Below are positions 18,564 to 28,213 of a stretch of 64,000 bases of DNA, one piece after another. The stretch lies in assembly GCA_965227775.1 (NCBI GenBank), contig OZ245777.1, positions 2,560,001 through 2,624,000 on the forward strand, in the 5' to 3' direction. The notes below the pieces were generated by a model that was not told the origin of the DNA, searched no databases, and saw nothing but the letters and a program-made list of their open reading frames with translations. The translations under genes and the position numbers were made by a program. Positions within the stretch are counted from its first letter, which is position 1, and each line of letters opens with the position of its first letter. The DNA comes from Phycisphaerales bacterium (GTDB taxonomy: Bacteria; Planctomycetota; Phycisphaerae; Phycisphaerales; UBA1924).

Positions 18564-20771
18564 ATGGCCGGCCAGCGCGGGCGTGATATTGCCTCGACAT
18601 TCAGCGATCTGTGGTATCGCATCGGCCCGACCATGCCGCGGCTGAGCGCCCACGCTCGTGTCGTACGCCAGCACTTCGGTCCGACCATCGCCTACATCGT
18701 CGAGGACCCGGCTAGCGGCCAGTTCTATCGCATGAGTGAGAGCGCCCACTTCTTCCTGGGCATGCTCGACGGCAAGACGACCGTCGACCAGGCCTGGGAA
18801 GCATGCAACGACCAACTCGGTGATGCGGCCCCCACGCAACGCGAAGTGCTCGACCTCCTTAGCCGGCTCCAGCTCTTCGGCCTCGTGCTGGGCGAGAGCG
18901 CCCTCGATGCCGAGATGCTCGAGCAGCGACTGACCAAGGCCCGCCGCCAGCGCACCCAGAAGCGTACCGGGCGGTGGATGTTCCCGCACGTTCCGATCGT
19001 TAACCCCGAACCGTTCCTGCGTCGGCACGAGAAGCTCTGCCAAATTCTGTTTGGGCGGACCGCCGGTGTGCTGTGGGCGATCCTCGTCTCGATCGCACTC
19101 GTGCTCGTCTTTGCCAACGCCGATCGCTTCGGTGACTCGCTCAACTCGGTCGCACAGCTTGCGCCATCAACACTACTCACGCTTGGTCTGATCTTTGTTG
19201 GCCTTCGCGTCGTGCACGAACTGGGCCATGCCATGGCCTGCAAGGCGTTCGGCGGGCGCAGCACCGAGATTGGTGTGATCCTGATCGCGTATGTGTTGCC
19301 GCTGCCGTATTGCGATGCGAGCAGCGCGTGGCGATTCGCTCGGGTGTGGCCGCGTGTGTGCGTATCGCTGGCCGGCATTCTGGCTGAGACGGTGATCGCC
19401 GCCGTATGCGGGATCTACTGGGCGATCGGCAGCGATCCGGTGCTCCAAAGCGTGGCGTACCAGGTCATGCTTGTTTCGGGCGTCAGCACCTTCGTCTTCA
19501 ACCTCAACCCGCTGCTGCGGTACGACGGGTACTACGTGCTGAGCGATCTGACGGGCACGCCCAACCTCGCCCAGCGTTCGCGTGAGATGGTCAAGTACCT
19601 CATCCAGCGATACGCGTTTGGCGTGCAGGGCGCACGCGGGCCCGCGATCCGTTCGTTGGGCGAAGGCTGGCTGCTGGCCATCTACGGCATCCTTGCGATG
19701 CCATACCGCATTTTCGTCGCCATCGCCATCCTGCTCGTTATCGCTAGCAAGTACCTCACGCTTGGCGTCGCGCTTGCGGTTGCGATGGGTGCAATGTGGT
19801 TGGTATACCCGGTCATGAAGTCCGCGGGCTTCGTCCTGAGCGACCCCAAGCTCGAGGGCCACCGGGGTCGGGCGATCGGTGTCACGCTCGCCGTACTTGC
19901 CCTGGTCTTCGGCCCGATCCTGCTGATCCCACTTCCCACGCCGACGTACGCGGTCGCAACCGTCGAGCCCGCTCGAATGGAGGGCTTGCGAACGCTCGAA
20001 GATGGCCATCTCGACGAGCTTTTGGTCGAGCCCGGCGACCGGGTCGAAGCGGGGCAGGTCGTCGCAAGGCTCGAGAACGTCGCGCTTGCGAGCGAGCTCG
20101 AATCCGCTCTTGCGCGGCAGAAGCAAGCGCAGACCCAGTACCGCGGCTCGCTGCAACGTCCGCCGGCCGAGCAGGAAGAGTACCGCCAGGCGATCCTCGT
20201 TGTTGAGGCGCAGGTCGCCCGGCTAAGACGACGTGTGGAACACCTGGAAGTCGTGGCCCCGGTCTCGGGCATCGTGTCGCCAATGAGCGGCCAGACTTCC
20301 ACGGACCTGCGAGCCATGATCGGCAGCTACGTGCCCAGGGGCACCGCGCTCGGCATGGTCGTCAGCGAGGACGAGTTGCTAATCCGAGCAATGGTGCCCG
20401 ACCGCGACCACGCCTTCGTGTTTCGTGGGCAGGATCAGGAAGAAGTGCAAGCCGCGGTACGCCTTGCTAGCGCGCCCGGCCGCGTGTTCAAGGCCGACGT
20501 GCGGCGGGTCGCAGCGCTGGGTTCGAAGGAACTGACCAGCGCCTCGCTCGCCTCTCAGGCCGGGGGCAGCGTGACGACCGATCCACGCCGCAGCGATCGC
20601 ACGGTCGCGCTCACGCCCAGTTTCGTGGTCGATCTCACGATGCAGCAGGAGACGCCCGCGGCGGCCCCCGGTGTGCGCGCTTCTGTCCGCTTGGAAGGCC
20701 CCAGCAAGCCACTCGGTGCTCGTTGGTGGCGGCGAGCCTCACAGTTCTTCGAAGGGCGAGCGTGGTGGTAG
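18564..20771 (+). CDS. M50 (site-2) zinc metalloprotease-like membrane protein fused to a HlyD-like adaptor, PqqD-like N-terminus
   Basis: HELGH; FNLNPLLRYDGYY; several TMs; VEPGDRVEAGQVVA; VVAPVSG. Confidence 0.9.
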   Translation: MAGQRGRDIASTFSDLWYRIGPTMPRLSAHARVVRQHFGPTIAYIVEDPASGQFYRMSESAHFFLGMLDGKTTVDQAWEACNDQLGDAAPTQREVLDLLSRLQLFGLVLGESALDAEMLEQRLTKARRQRTQKRTGRWMFPHVPIVNPEPFLRRHEKLCQILFGRTAGVLWAILVSIALVLVFANADRFGDSLNSVAQLAPSTLLTLGLIFVGLRVVHELGHAMACKAFGGRSTEIGVILIAYVLPLPYCDASSAWRFARVWPRVCVSLAGILAETVIAAVCGIYWAIGSDPVLQSVAYQVMLVSGVSTFVFNLNPLLRYDGYYVLSDLTGTPNLAQRSREMVKYLIQRYAFGVQGARGPAIRSLGEGWLLAIYGILAMPYRIFVAIAILLVIASKYLTLGVALAVAMGAMWLVYPVMKSAGFVLSDPKLEGHRGRAIGVTLAVLALVFGPILLIPLPTPTYAVATVEPARMEGLRTLEDGHLDELLVEPGDRVEAGQVVARLENVALASELESALARQKQAQTQYRGSLQRPPAEQEEYRQAILVVEAQVARLRRRVEHLEVVAPVSGIVSPMSGQTSTDLRAMIGSYVPRGTALGMVVSEDELLIRAMVPDRDHAFVFRGQDQEEVQAAVRLASAPGRVFKADVRRVAALGSKELTSASLASQAGGSVTTDPRRSDRTVALTPSFVVDLTMQQETPAAAPGVRASVRLEGPSKPLGARWWRRASQFFEGRAWW

Positions 20772-22810
20772 GCCAAGCCGCGGGCGGCTCAGGCGCCGAT
20801 AGACTCTGGCCCGCGCTCGTGCGAGGCGAGCGACGCGAAGAGCCACTGGAAGGGCTCGACCGTATTGCCGCGAGCATGCAGGGCCGCGTGATCCGGCGCC
20901 GGGTCTCGCGACAAGAACGAGAGCTGGCGAATGCCATCCTCGAGTCCACCGCTTCACTGACGGATCTTACCGAGGCAGCGCTCGACGAACGAATCGACGC
21001 GATCCGCGAGCACGCTCACCGCGTGTCACGTCAGAACGCGAACCTTCGCAGCGATGCCCTGCGAGAGGCCTATGCAGTCGGTGCCGAAGCCGTCCGCCGA
21101 ACCACGGGGCTCACCCTATACGCCGAGCAGGTCATGGGAGGGCTGGTGCTCAGAGGCGGGGCCGTAGCCGAGATGGCCACCGGCGAGGGCAAGACGCTAA
21201 CCGCCATACTCCCAGCGGTGTTAGCAGGGTGGACCGGCCGCGGGGTGCACGTTGCCACCGTAAATGACTACTTGGCCAGGCGTGACGCCGAACTCTGCGA
21301 GCGCGCGTATGCGCGGCTCGGCCTACGTGTCGGCGTGCTGCAAGACGGCATGAAGAAGTCCGACCGCCGCGCGCAGTATGACCTCGACATTACCTACGGC
21401 GCCGACAAGCAGTTCATCTTCGACTTCCTCCGGGATCGCCTGGTGCAGCCGCTTTCACCCAGCGTGACATCAAGCGTGCTCGACGAAGTGACCAAGGGTG
21501 TCCAGGACGACGCGTGGACAGGAGAGGTCGTCCAGCGGGGTCTGCACGCCGCCATCGTGGACGAAGCCGACAGCGTACTGATCGATGAAGCCGCAACACC
21601 AGCCATCATCGCGTTGCCCGCCGGTGACGGCGTTGGTGTCGATACGGCCGAGCGCTACGCCGCCGGCATCGAGCTCGCACGGGCGCTCGATCCCGACACA
21701 CACTACATCGCCGATGCTCGAACGCACCGCGTGACGCTCACCAAGGCTGGTCGAGATCGTTTGGGTGAGCTTGTGCACGATTCTTCTCGCAATCTCCCCG
21801 CATTCTGGGCTGGCCCGAGGCGTCGGGAAGAACTCGTTGTCCAAGCACTAGGTGCGCTCGTGCTGCATAACCGAGACGATGACTACATCGTTCGCAAGAA
21901 CGACAAGGGGGTACGCGAGGTCGTCATCGTCGATCGTTCGACCGGCCGCGTGCTCGAAGGCCGGCAGTGGCAGCTCGGGCTCCACCAAGCGGTCGAGGTC
22001 AAGGAAGGCTTGGAGCCGAGCGAACGCCGCCTCACGGCAGCCCGGGTGAGCTACCAGCGGTACTTCGCGCGGTATCGCTCGCTCTCAGGCATGACCGGCA
22101 CCGGCTGGGAAGTCGCACCCGAACTCTGGCGCACCTACGGGCTCCGCGTAGTTCGCATCCCCACACACCGACCAATAGCGCGGATCGAGGAGCACGATCA
22201 GTGCTTCACGAACGAGCAGGCAAAGTTCGACGCCGTCGCCGAACGCACCCGTCGCGCACATACCGAGGGCCAGCCCGTGCTGGTTGGAACGCGGTCGGTG
22301 CACGACTCGGAGCGCGTTGCCCAGCTGCTGGCCGACCGCGGCCTGCAGTGCCGAGTGCTCAACGCGCGGCACGAGGCCGAAGAAGCCGCGATCATCGAGG
22401 ATGCCGGGAAGGCCGGAGCAATCACCGTGGCGACAAGCATGGCCGGCCGCGGCACCGACATCAAGATCGATGATGGATCAAGGCAAGCCGGCGGCCTGCT
22501 GGTGCTCGCGGTGGAACGCCACCATGAGCGTCGCATCGACCGCCAGCTCTTCGGTCGAAGTGGCCGCCAGGGCGACGTCGGCCGCGCCCTTGCCTTCGTG
22601 AGCCTTGAGGACGAGATGGTCGTGCGATACGGCCTGCGCCCGCTACGCTGGCTCGCGCGCGTGAGCCCCGGCCCACTGGGTCAGGCGCTCACGAGACTGC
22701 TCGTTCGACAGGCTCAGACCGCTGCGACACGCCGCTGGATGCTCATCCGCGACGAGGCCGGCCGGATCGATGCGTGGATCGACCTGGCCTTCCACCAGCA
22801 GAGCCGCTAG
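20762..22810 (+). CDS. Secondary, C-terminally short SecA-like DEAD ATPase
   Basis: EMATGEGKT, VNDYLARRD, IVDEADSVLIDEA, GLHQAVEVKE, SGMTGT, MAGRGTDI, RIDRQLFGRSGRQGD, SLED; ends about 65 aa later; GTG start overlaps the upstream gene end. Confidence 0.92.
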   Translation: MVVGQAAGGSGADRLWPALVRGERREEPLEGLDRIAASMQGRVIRRRVSRQERELANAILESTASLTDLTEAALDERIDAIREHAHRVSRQNANLRSDALREAYAVGAEAVRRTTGLTLYAEQVMGGLVLRGGAVAEMATGEGKTLTAILPAVLAGWTGRGVHVATVNDYLARRDAELCERAYARLGLRVGVLQDGMKKSDRRAQYDLDITYGADKQFIFDFLRDRLVQPLSPSVTSSVLDEVTKGVQDDAWTGEVVQRGLHAAIVDEADSVLIDEAATPAIIALPAGDGVGVDTAERYAAGIELARALDPDTHYIADARTHRVTLTKAGRDRLGELVHDSSRNLPAFWAGPRRREELVVQALGALVLHNRDDDYIVRKNDKGVREVVIVDRSTGRVLEGRQWQLGLHQAVEVKEGLEPSERRLTAARVSYQRYFARYRSLSGMTGTGWEVAPELWRTYGLRVVRIPTHRPIARIEEHDQCFTNEQAKFDAVAERTRRAHTEGQPVLVGTRSVHDSERVAQLLADRGLQCRVLNARHEAEEAAIIEDAGKAGAITVATSMAGRGTDIKIDDGSRQAGGLLVLAVERHHERRIDRQLFGRSGRQGDVGRALAFVSLEDEMVVRYGLRPLRWLARVSPGPLGQALTRLLVRQAQTAATRRWMLIRDEAGRIDAWIDLAFHQQSR

Positions 22811-22814
22811 CGGC

Positions 22815-24299
22815 TTACCACTGCTGGGCGAGCCGTGCCAGCAGGCGTGCGCTGAAGCCCGTGGGTCCCTTGATGTACGGCCCCTCATCCCCATCGACCG
22901 CGTGCGTGCCGGCAATGTCCAGGTGGCACCACGGGATCTTCTCATCGACAAAGTAGCTGAGGAACGCCGCGCCCTGGATTGGGTGGGCCTTGCGGTTGGG
23001 GTTGCTGTTGATGATGTCCGCGATCGGGCTCTTCATCATGTCGCGGTATTCGCGATGAAGCGGGAGCCGCCAGACACGTTCGCCGCTGGCGTCGCTGGCA
23101 CCCTGCACCTTGTCGCGGAGCTTGTCGTCGTCGCACCACATGCCGGCGAAGGTGCTGCCCAATGCGACTACCACGCCGCCGGTGAGCGTGGCAACGTCGA
23201 CGATGGCGGCGGGCTTCTCCTTGTCGCACGCCCAGCACAGCCCATCGGCTAGGACGAGGCGGCCTTCGGCGTCGGTGTTGGTAACCTCGACGGTGACACC
23301 ATTGCGGAAGGTCAGGACATCGTCGGGGCGATACGCCTCGTCGCTGATGGCGTTCTCGGCCGAGCAGAGGAGGGCGACGACCGGCACCTTGGGCTTGATG
23401 GTCTTCGCGATAGCGAGCATCGCGCCCATGACACCACAGCCGCCGTCCTTGTCGCGCTTCATGCCGACCATGCCGCCGCCAACCTTGATGGAGAGGCCGC
23501 CCGAGTCGTAGGTCATCGTCTTGCCGACGAGGACGATGGGCTTGGCCGTCTTGGCAGCGTTCGCCGGGCGGTACTCCATGCGGATGAGATGCGGCTCGTT
23601 CTCGCTGGCCTTGCCAACGTTGATGAGCCCCTCGAGCTTCTCACGCTTCAGCGCGTCGCCCTTCACGGCGGTCACCTTCAGCCCGTGCTTGGTGAGCTTC
23701 TTGGCCTCGGCGAACATCCATGCGGGCGTGGCGATGTTGGGCGGCGTCTGGCTGAGCGTGCGGGCAAAGTTGGCACCCTCGGCGAGTCCGAGGCCCAGTT
23801 GCAACGCCTTCGTGCGGGCGGCCTTGCCCTCGATCACGGCCAACTTCGGCTTCGCGCTCGAGGGGTTGGCGGTGCCGCGGAATGTCTCACAACGCCACGA
23901 GAGCAGGCCAAGGCTCTCGCCGACTGCCGCGAAGGCGTCGTTCTCATCGAGCTTGGCGGCGTTGACGGCATCATCGAGCTCGAACCGAACGCTCGTGACC
24001 TTAGCGGCCGAGAGTTGTCGTCCCGCGGCGGCGATGGCGTTGCGTACGCCGTCGATCGTGAGGTCCTTCGCGTCGCCCAGCCCGAGCAGCAGGACGCGCT
24101 CGGCAGGCTTGCCGTTGGTCGGGTAAGCCGCAGCGATGGAGCCTGCATCGCCCGTGGCCTCGGCGCGCTTGGCTGCGGCGGCCATCGAGCCGTCTGCATC
24201 CAGCTTCTTCGCGGCGGCGCCCAGGCCCTTGCCCTTCAAGATGCCCACGACAATCGCCTGGGGCTGGCCGGTCTTCTTGAGGCTGATCGCGTCGAACAT
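22815..24299 (-). CDS. pepA: Leucyl aminopeptidase (M17)
   Basis: VGKTMTYDSGGLSIK, MKRDKDG, NTDAEGRL, DVATLTG, HLDIAG. Confidence 0.95.
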   Translation of the reverse strand: MFDAISLKKTGQPQAIVVGILKGKGLGAAAKKLDADGSMAAAAKRAEATGDAGSIAAAYPTNGKPAERVLLLGLGDAKDLTIDGVRNAIAAAGRQLSAAKVTSVRFELDDAVNAAKLDENDAFAAVGESLGLLSWRCETFRGTANPSSAKPKLAVIEGKAARTKALQLGLGLAEGANFARTLSQTPPNIATPAWMFAEAKKLTKHGLKVTAVKGDALKREKLEGLINVGKASENEPHLIRMEYRPANAAKTAKPIVLVGKTMTYDSGGLSIKVGGGMVGMKRDKDGGCGVMGAMLAIAKTIKPKVPVVALLCSAENAISDEAYRPDDVLTFRNGVTVEVTNTDAEGRLVLADGLCWACDKEKPAAIVDVATLTGGVVVALGSTFAGMWCDDDKLRDKVQGASDASGERVWRLPLHREYRDMMKSPIADIINSNPNRKAHPIQGAAFLSYFVDEKIPWCHLDIAGTHAVDGDEGPYIKGPTGFSARLLARLAQQW

Positions 24300-24390
24300 T
24301 TTCTGGCTCCCGTCGTGGTCGGCCCGCACCTAGGCGGGTTTGGTTTCTCGTGAAAGGCTGGCAGTGTAGGAGCCGTGGCCTCGGGCGCGC

Positions 24391-24432
24391 GAAAAAGCGG
24401 GCGTGCGACCCATGATGGAGACGCACGCCCGC
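24391..24432 (-). terminator. Intrinsic terminator after the dockerin-domain gene
   Basis: 11-bp stem GCGGGCGTGCG/CGCACGCCCGC followed by TTTTT on the minus strand. Confidence 0.75.
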
Positions 24433-24497
24433 ACCCGAGAAAGGAAGTCTGTCAGGACTTCGCCCGCGCTCTCACACGGGCCCAAACCGAGAACCGC

Positions 24498-25331
24498 TTA
24501 CGGACAGCCGGCGTCGAACTCGTTGGAGAACGTCAGGAAGTCGAAGATGGTCAAGACGCCGTCACCGTCGAAGTCGGCGATCAGGTCTCCGGCGTCGAAC
24601 AGGTTCGTGAACGTCAGGAAGTCGAACAGTGTGAGCTCCCCGTCGCCGTCCAGGTCAACACGGCAGCCCGCGTCGGCCTCGACCAGCAGCACGTCGTCGA
24701 TATACGTAGGGTTGGCGTTGGGAGCGTATAGATCGAGCACATCGATCTGTGTCAGCCCGCCACCCGAAACATTCTCGCTCCACACCAGGTCTTCGGCGAA
24801 GGCAACCCCGTTGTAGTAGATATCAAACGTGTCGTTGTCGAGATCGATCTCGGCACGCAGCTCGACCCACTCGTCAAGGATCAGATCTGTGGTATTGCCG
24901 TCGAACTCGCTCTCCACCATCAAATCGATCGTGCCAAGGCGCACCTGCATCGACCAGTTGCTGTCGGTCGGGCTGGCGTCGTTGAACTGGTTGAGCAGAA
25001 TGACGTAGAAGTCACCGATCGCCGACGAAGACATGAATGTCTGGCACGAGAACGTCCACTGGCCGCTGGTGGCGATGGGCGTGCCGCCGTCGCGCATGCG
25101 GTAGATGATGTCCGTCTCGAATTGATCCGCAAGGAACGAGTTCGACCCGGAGGCGGCCTGGTCGTCGGACACGAACGCGTCGGCACCGCCCGGCCACAGG
25201 TCCCAGCCGCCCTGTCCCGCAACCGCCGAACCGACGGTGTAGTCCTCGAATCCGTCATCGATGAGCGTGGTCTGGGCAAGAGCCGGCGCGGTGATACCAC
25301 AAGCGAGAACGACAGATAGCGCAGTTCGCAT
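24498..25331 (-). CDS. Secreted beta-sandwich protein with GC-type dockerin-like domain
   Basis: GGAGG RBS; signal peptide ending ALA-Q; CRVDLDGDGELTLFDFL...ADFDGDGVLTIFDFL...AGCP. Confidence 0.88.
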   Translation of the reverse strand: MRTALSVVLACGITAPALAQTTLIDDGFEDYTVGSAVAGQGGWDLWPGGADAFVSDDQAASGSNSFLADQFETDIIYRMRDGGTPIATSGQWTFSCQTFMSSSAIGDFYVILLNQFNDASPTDSNWSMQVRLGTIDLMVESEFDGNTTDLILDEWVELRAEIDLDNDTFDIYYNGVAFAEDLVWSENVSGGGLTQIDVLDLYAPNANPTYIDDVLLVEADAGCRVDLDGDGELTLFDFLTFTNLFDAGDLIADFDGDGVLTIFDFLTFSNEFDAGCP

Positions 25332-25621
25332 TGCGAACCTCCCCTTCTTCGTGTTTCCGCAAGGCCATGTCCAGCACCCGTCGACCACTGGATCGACTTG
25401 CCCAAGCGCCGAGCGGGCAGAACGGCGTCAGGCGAGCGCGCACCGATGCACGCCCCATTCCATCACGATCGACCGGCGTTCGGCAACCGTACCGACATCT
25501 GGATTGCTCCCCACGGCGGGATCATGTGTCCCGTAACTAATGCATAGTTTCCAGAATCTTGCTCGACAATCAATACGTGATAACCCGATAGAGACCAAAT
25601 TTGTGAGTGCGGATTAGCGAA

Positions 25622-25646
25622 GGAACGCCTCCGACTACACTGCGTA
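25622..25646 (+). promoter_or_regulatory. Putative ECF-type promoter GGAAC-N16-CGTA
   Basis: AAC...CGT ECF promoter pattern about 45 nt upstream of an ECF sigma gene. Confidence 0.6.
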
Positions 25647-25690
25647 GCTTGGTTCGACCGTCAGTGAGCAGCAAGAGGGGCACAGCCCGC

Positions 25691-26290
25691 GTGGCGGACG
25701 ACGAGACCCAACTCATCGAGCGGGCAAAGGCCGGCGACGGTGCCGCAGCAGCGGAGCTCGTCGAGCGCTTCCAGCACCGCATCTACACACTCTGCGTGCG
25801 ACTCCTCGGCAACCGAGACGACGCGGAGGAGCTCACCCAGGAGACGCTGGTCAAGGCGCTCACCGGGCTCGAGCGATTCGATGGCCGGGCCTCACTCTCG
25901 ACATGGCTGCACCGCATCGCCACCAATGCCTGTTACTCGCGAATGCGTTCGGATACAGTTCGCACTCGTGGCCGCGTGGCATGGCCTGAGATTGGGGAAC
26001 CAACAGCCGCCTCACGCGTCCAAAGGAGCGATGCTGGCGTGGATGCCAGCCAGCGTCGGCGAGATGTGGCCGCAGCCCTCGAGGGGCTGCAGTCGGAGCA
26101 TCGGGTGGTTTTAGTCCTCAGGGACGTGCAAGGGCTGGAGTACGAGCAGTTGGCCGAAGTGCTTGGTGTGCCAGTTGGAACGATCAAGAGCCGGCTGTTC
26201 CGGGCACGGGTCGCGCTGCGCGAGGCAATCGAAGCGCTCGAGACCGGCGCTGCGGAGCACGACCGATCCAGCCGGGGAGGCCGCTCGTGA
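25691..26290 (+). CDS. ECF sigma factor (RpoE/SigW-like)
   Basis: DAEELTQETLVKA, LSTWLHRIATN, GLEYEQLAEVLGVPVGTIKSRLFRAR. Confidence 0.95.
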   Translation: MADDETQLIERAKAGDGAAAAELVERFQHRIYTLCVRLLGNRDDAEELTQETLVKALTGLERFDGRASLSTWLHRIATNACYSRMRSDTVRTRGRVAWPEIGEPTAASRVQRSDAGVDASQRRRDVAAALEGLQSEHRVVLVLRDVQGLEYEQLAEVLGVPVGTIKSRLFRARVALREAIEALETGAAEHDRSSRGGRS

Positions 26291-27423
26291 TGCTCGCCGG
26301 ATTCGATCCCGATCGCGATCTGCCCAGCGGCCTGACAGAGGCGGACTTGCTCGAGTACGTTGAGGCCGACGCCACCCAGATCTCTGCGGCAACGCCAGCG
26401 TCCGTTCTTGGCCGAGTCGAAGCAACTCGACGCACTGATGCCCGGCTTGCCTCGCTGCTCGACGCCCTCCGCATCGACCGGGCCGCACTCGGATCGCTCG
26501 ACGCTCCGGCTCCTTCTGAAGCGGTTGCGATCGCTGTGCTCGAAGAACATGAGCGACAGGCCTTGCTCGCCCTTTCCGACATGGCCAGCCGCGGCCCGAG
26601 AGCCAGCCAGACAGATGACGACGAGGCCTTCTCCTTCTCGGCCATGCCTCGCTGGTTCAAGCCGGCCTTGGCAGTCGCGGCGGTGCTCGCACTCGCCTTC
26701 GGCGCTTGGCAACTCGTGCCGTTCATCACACCCCATCAGCCGCCGACCGGGCCAGAAGTCGCGCTGAACGAAGATGACTCCCCCGAAGCGATCGAGGTGC
26801 CCGCACAACCGCCCGAGCCAATCGTCATCGCGACGCAGGACCCACGGCCAGTAGTCCCATCGCCTCAGCCGTTGCTGCCCTCCGCGGCCGACGTCTTGGC
26901 GGCTCGACTCGACATGTCGGCGCAGGAGGCGATCGAACTCGCGCGTGCAGGCCGCTTGCTCGTTGTAGTCGACGTCCAGCGGGCGTCCGAAGCGGCAGAG
27001 GCCGCGGCTCGCATCGGTAAGCAGCCCGTCAATCCGACTTGGCGGTTGCGAGAAGCCGAGACCGAACTCGTCGCGGCCCTCTCGACGCCTGCTCAGGCTC
27101 GCCTCGTCGGAATCGAGGACGCTGGCAATGAAATGCTCACGACAGCCCGCGGACCGCTCGGCCAGATCGAGGTCGTCATGGCTGCGGCCCCGACGGTCGC
27201 GATGGCCGAAGCTTCGATGTCACCGGACGCCATGCTGTCCTTGTTAGATGGTCTGGCGCACCTTGGCGAGGACATCCGCATCGTCCCTCTCGACGAGCCA
27301 TTGCCCGGCGCTGGCATCATTGATTCCGCGGCCCCTGGCTTCGACGTTCTTTGGTGGACGCAAGACCCCGCGACGTGGCAGCCGCGGACGGCCATCCCCG
27401 TTCGCTTCATCGAGTCTCGCTAG
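26287..27423 (+). CDS. Putative membrane-anchored anti-sigma factor
   Basis: GTGA overlap with the sigma gene; single TM ALAVAAVLALAFGAW; Pro-rich linker. Confidence 0.7.
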   Translation: MMLAGFDPDRDLPSGLTEADLLEYVEADATQISAATPASVLGRVEATRRTDARLASLLDALRIDRAALGSLDAPAPSEAVAIAVLEEHERQALLALSDMASRGPRASQTDDDEAFSFSAMPRWFKPALAVAAVLALAFGAWQLVPFITPHQPPTGPEVALNEDDSPEAIEVPAQPPEPIVIATQDPRPVVPSPQPLLPSAADVLAARLDMSAQEAIELARAGRLLVVVDVQRASEAAEAAARIGKQPVNPTWRLREAETELVAALSTPAQARLVGIEDAGNEMLTTARGPLGQIEVVMAAAPTVAMAEASMSPDAMLSLLDGLAHLGEDIRIVPLDEPLPGAGIIDSAAPGFDVLWWTQDPATWQPRTAIPVRFIESR

Positions 27424-28178
27424 TTGGCCAGGTAGTCGCTTGCCCGTCTCGGCCAGCGATTCTTCTTCATCATTTTGACGATCTGCGGATCGGCGAGATA
27501 CATCCGCACGGCCTCTTCGGGCAGTGATCGGGACTGCTCGCTGGGCGCAGCCGATGGAGCCCGGTCTTCGAGTTCCTTTGACGAACCGTGGTAGTGCCCC
27601 TCGCAATACTCGACGGCTCGCGCAACGCGCGACTTGTCCTTGCCGAGGCCCCAGGCCTTGAAGAGCGCCACAAAGAACTTCTCTGGTTTCGACCGGAACT
27701 GTTCGAATGTCAGCGGAACGCTCGACTCCGCCCAATTCGCCGCAAAGGCTTTGTAGTGATCAAGCTCGTAGTTCGGTCGTAGCGCGTCGGTCCAGCCGCG
27801 AGCGTAAAGGCTATTGAGACGAGTCAGTGGATTGCGCGCCAACCACACAGCCTTGTGATCTGGGAACGCCCGCCAGAACTGGGCCGGCGGCGGCCGGAGG
27901 TGGGGGTGCTTCACCACAACCGCGTCGCTGCCCTCGGCGATTTCACGCAGCACACGAGAAGCGAGATCGATGGTCGCTTGATCCTCGAGCATGCACAGGC
28001 CGGCGAGGTGGGCCTTCACCAGCTCGGCCTGGCTCGCCGGGTAGTTGTACGGCTCTCCAGTCCGATCCCACGGCCCAAGCGGCTCGTCCGCAACTGGGCA
28101 GCCCAGCGCGTGCGCAGCGGCGTACGCGGTCACCGAAGAGCCGCTCCGCGGAAGCGAAAATATCCAGTAGGCTCGCAT
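27420..28178 (-). CDS. Sulfotransferase-like P-loop protein
   Basis: SLPRSGSS (5'-PSB-like), VVKHP, LARNPLTRLNS (3'-PB-like). Confidence 0.7.
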   Translation of the reverse strand: MRAYWIFSLPRSGSSVTAYAAAHALGCPVADEPLGPWDRTGEPYNYPASQAELVKAHLAGLCMLEDQATIDLASRVLREIAEGSDAVVVKHPHLRPPPAQFWRAFPDHKAVWLARNPLTRLNSLYARGWTDALRPNYELDHYKAFAANWAESSVPLTFEQFRSKPEKFFVALFKAWGLGKDKSRVARAVEYCEGHYHGSSKELEDRAPSAAPSEQSRSLPEEAVRMYLADPQIVKMMKKNRWPRRASDYLAN

Positions 28179-28213
28179 GGCCTCAGTTGTAGGCCGCGCG
28201 GCTTGCAGCTGGG

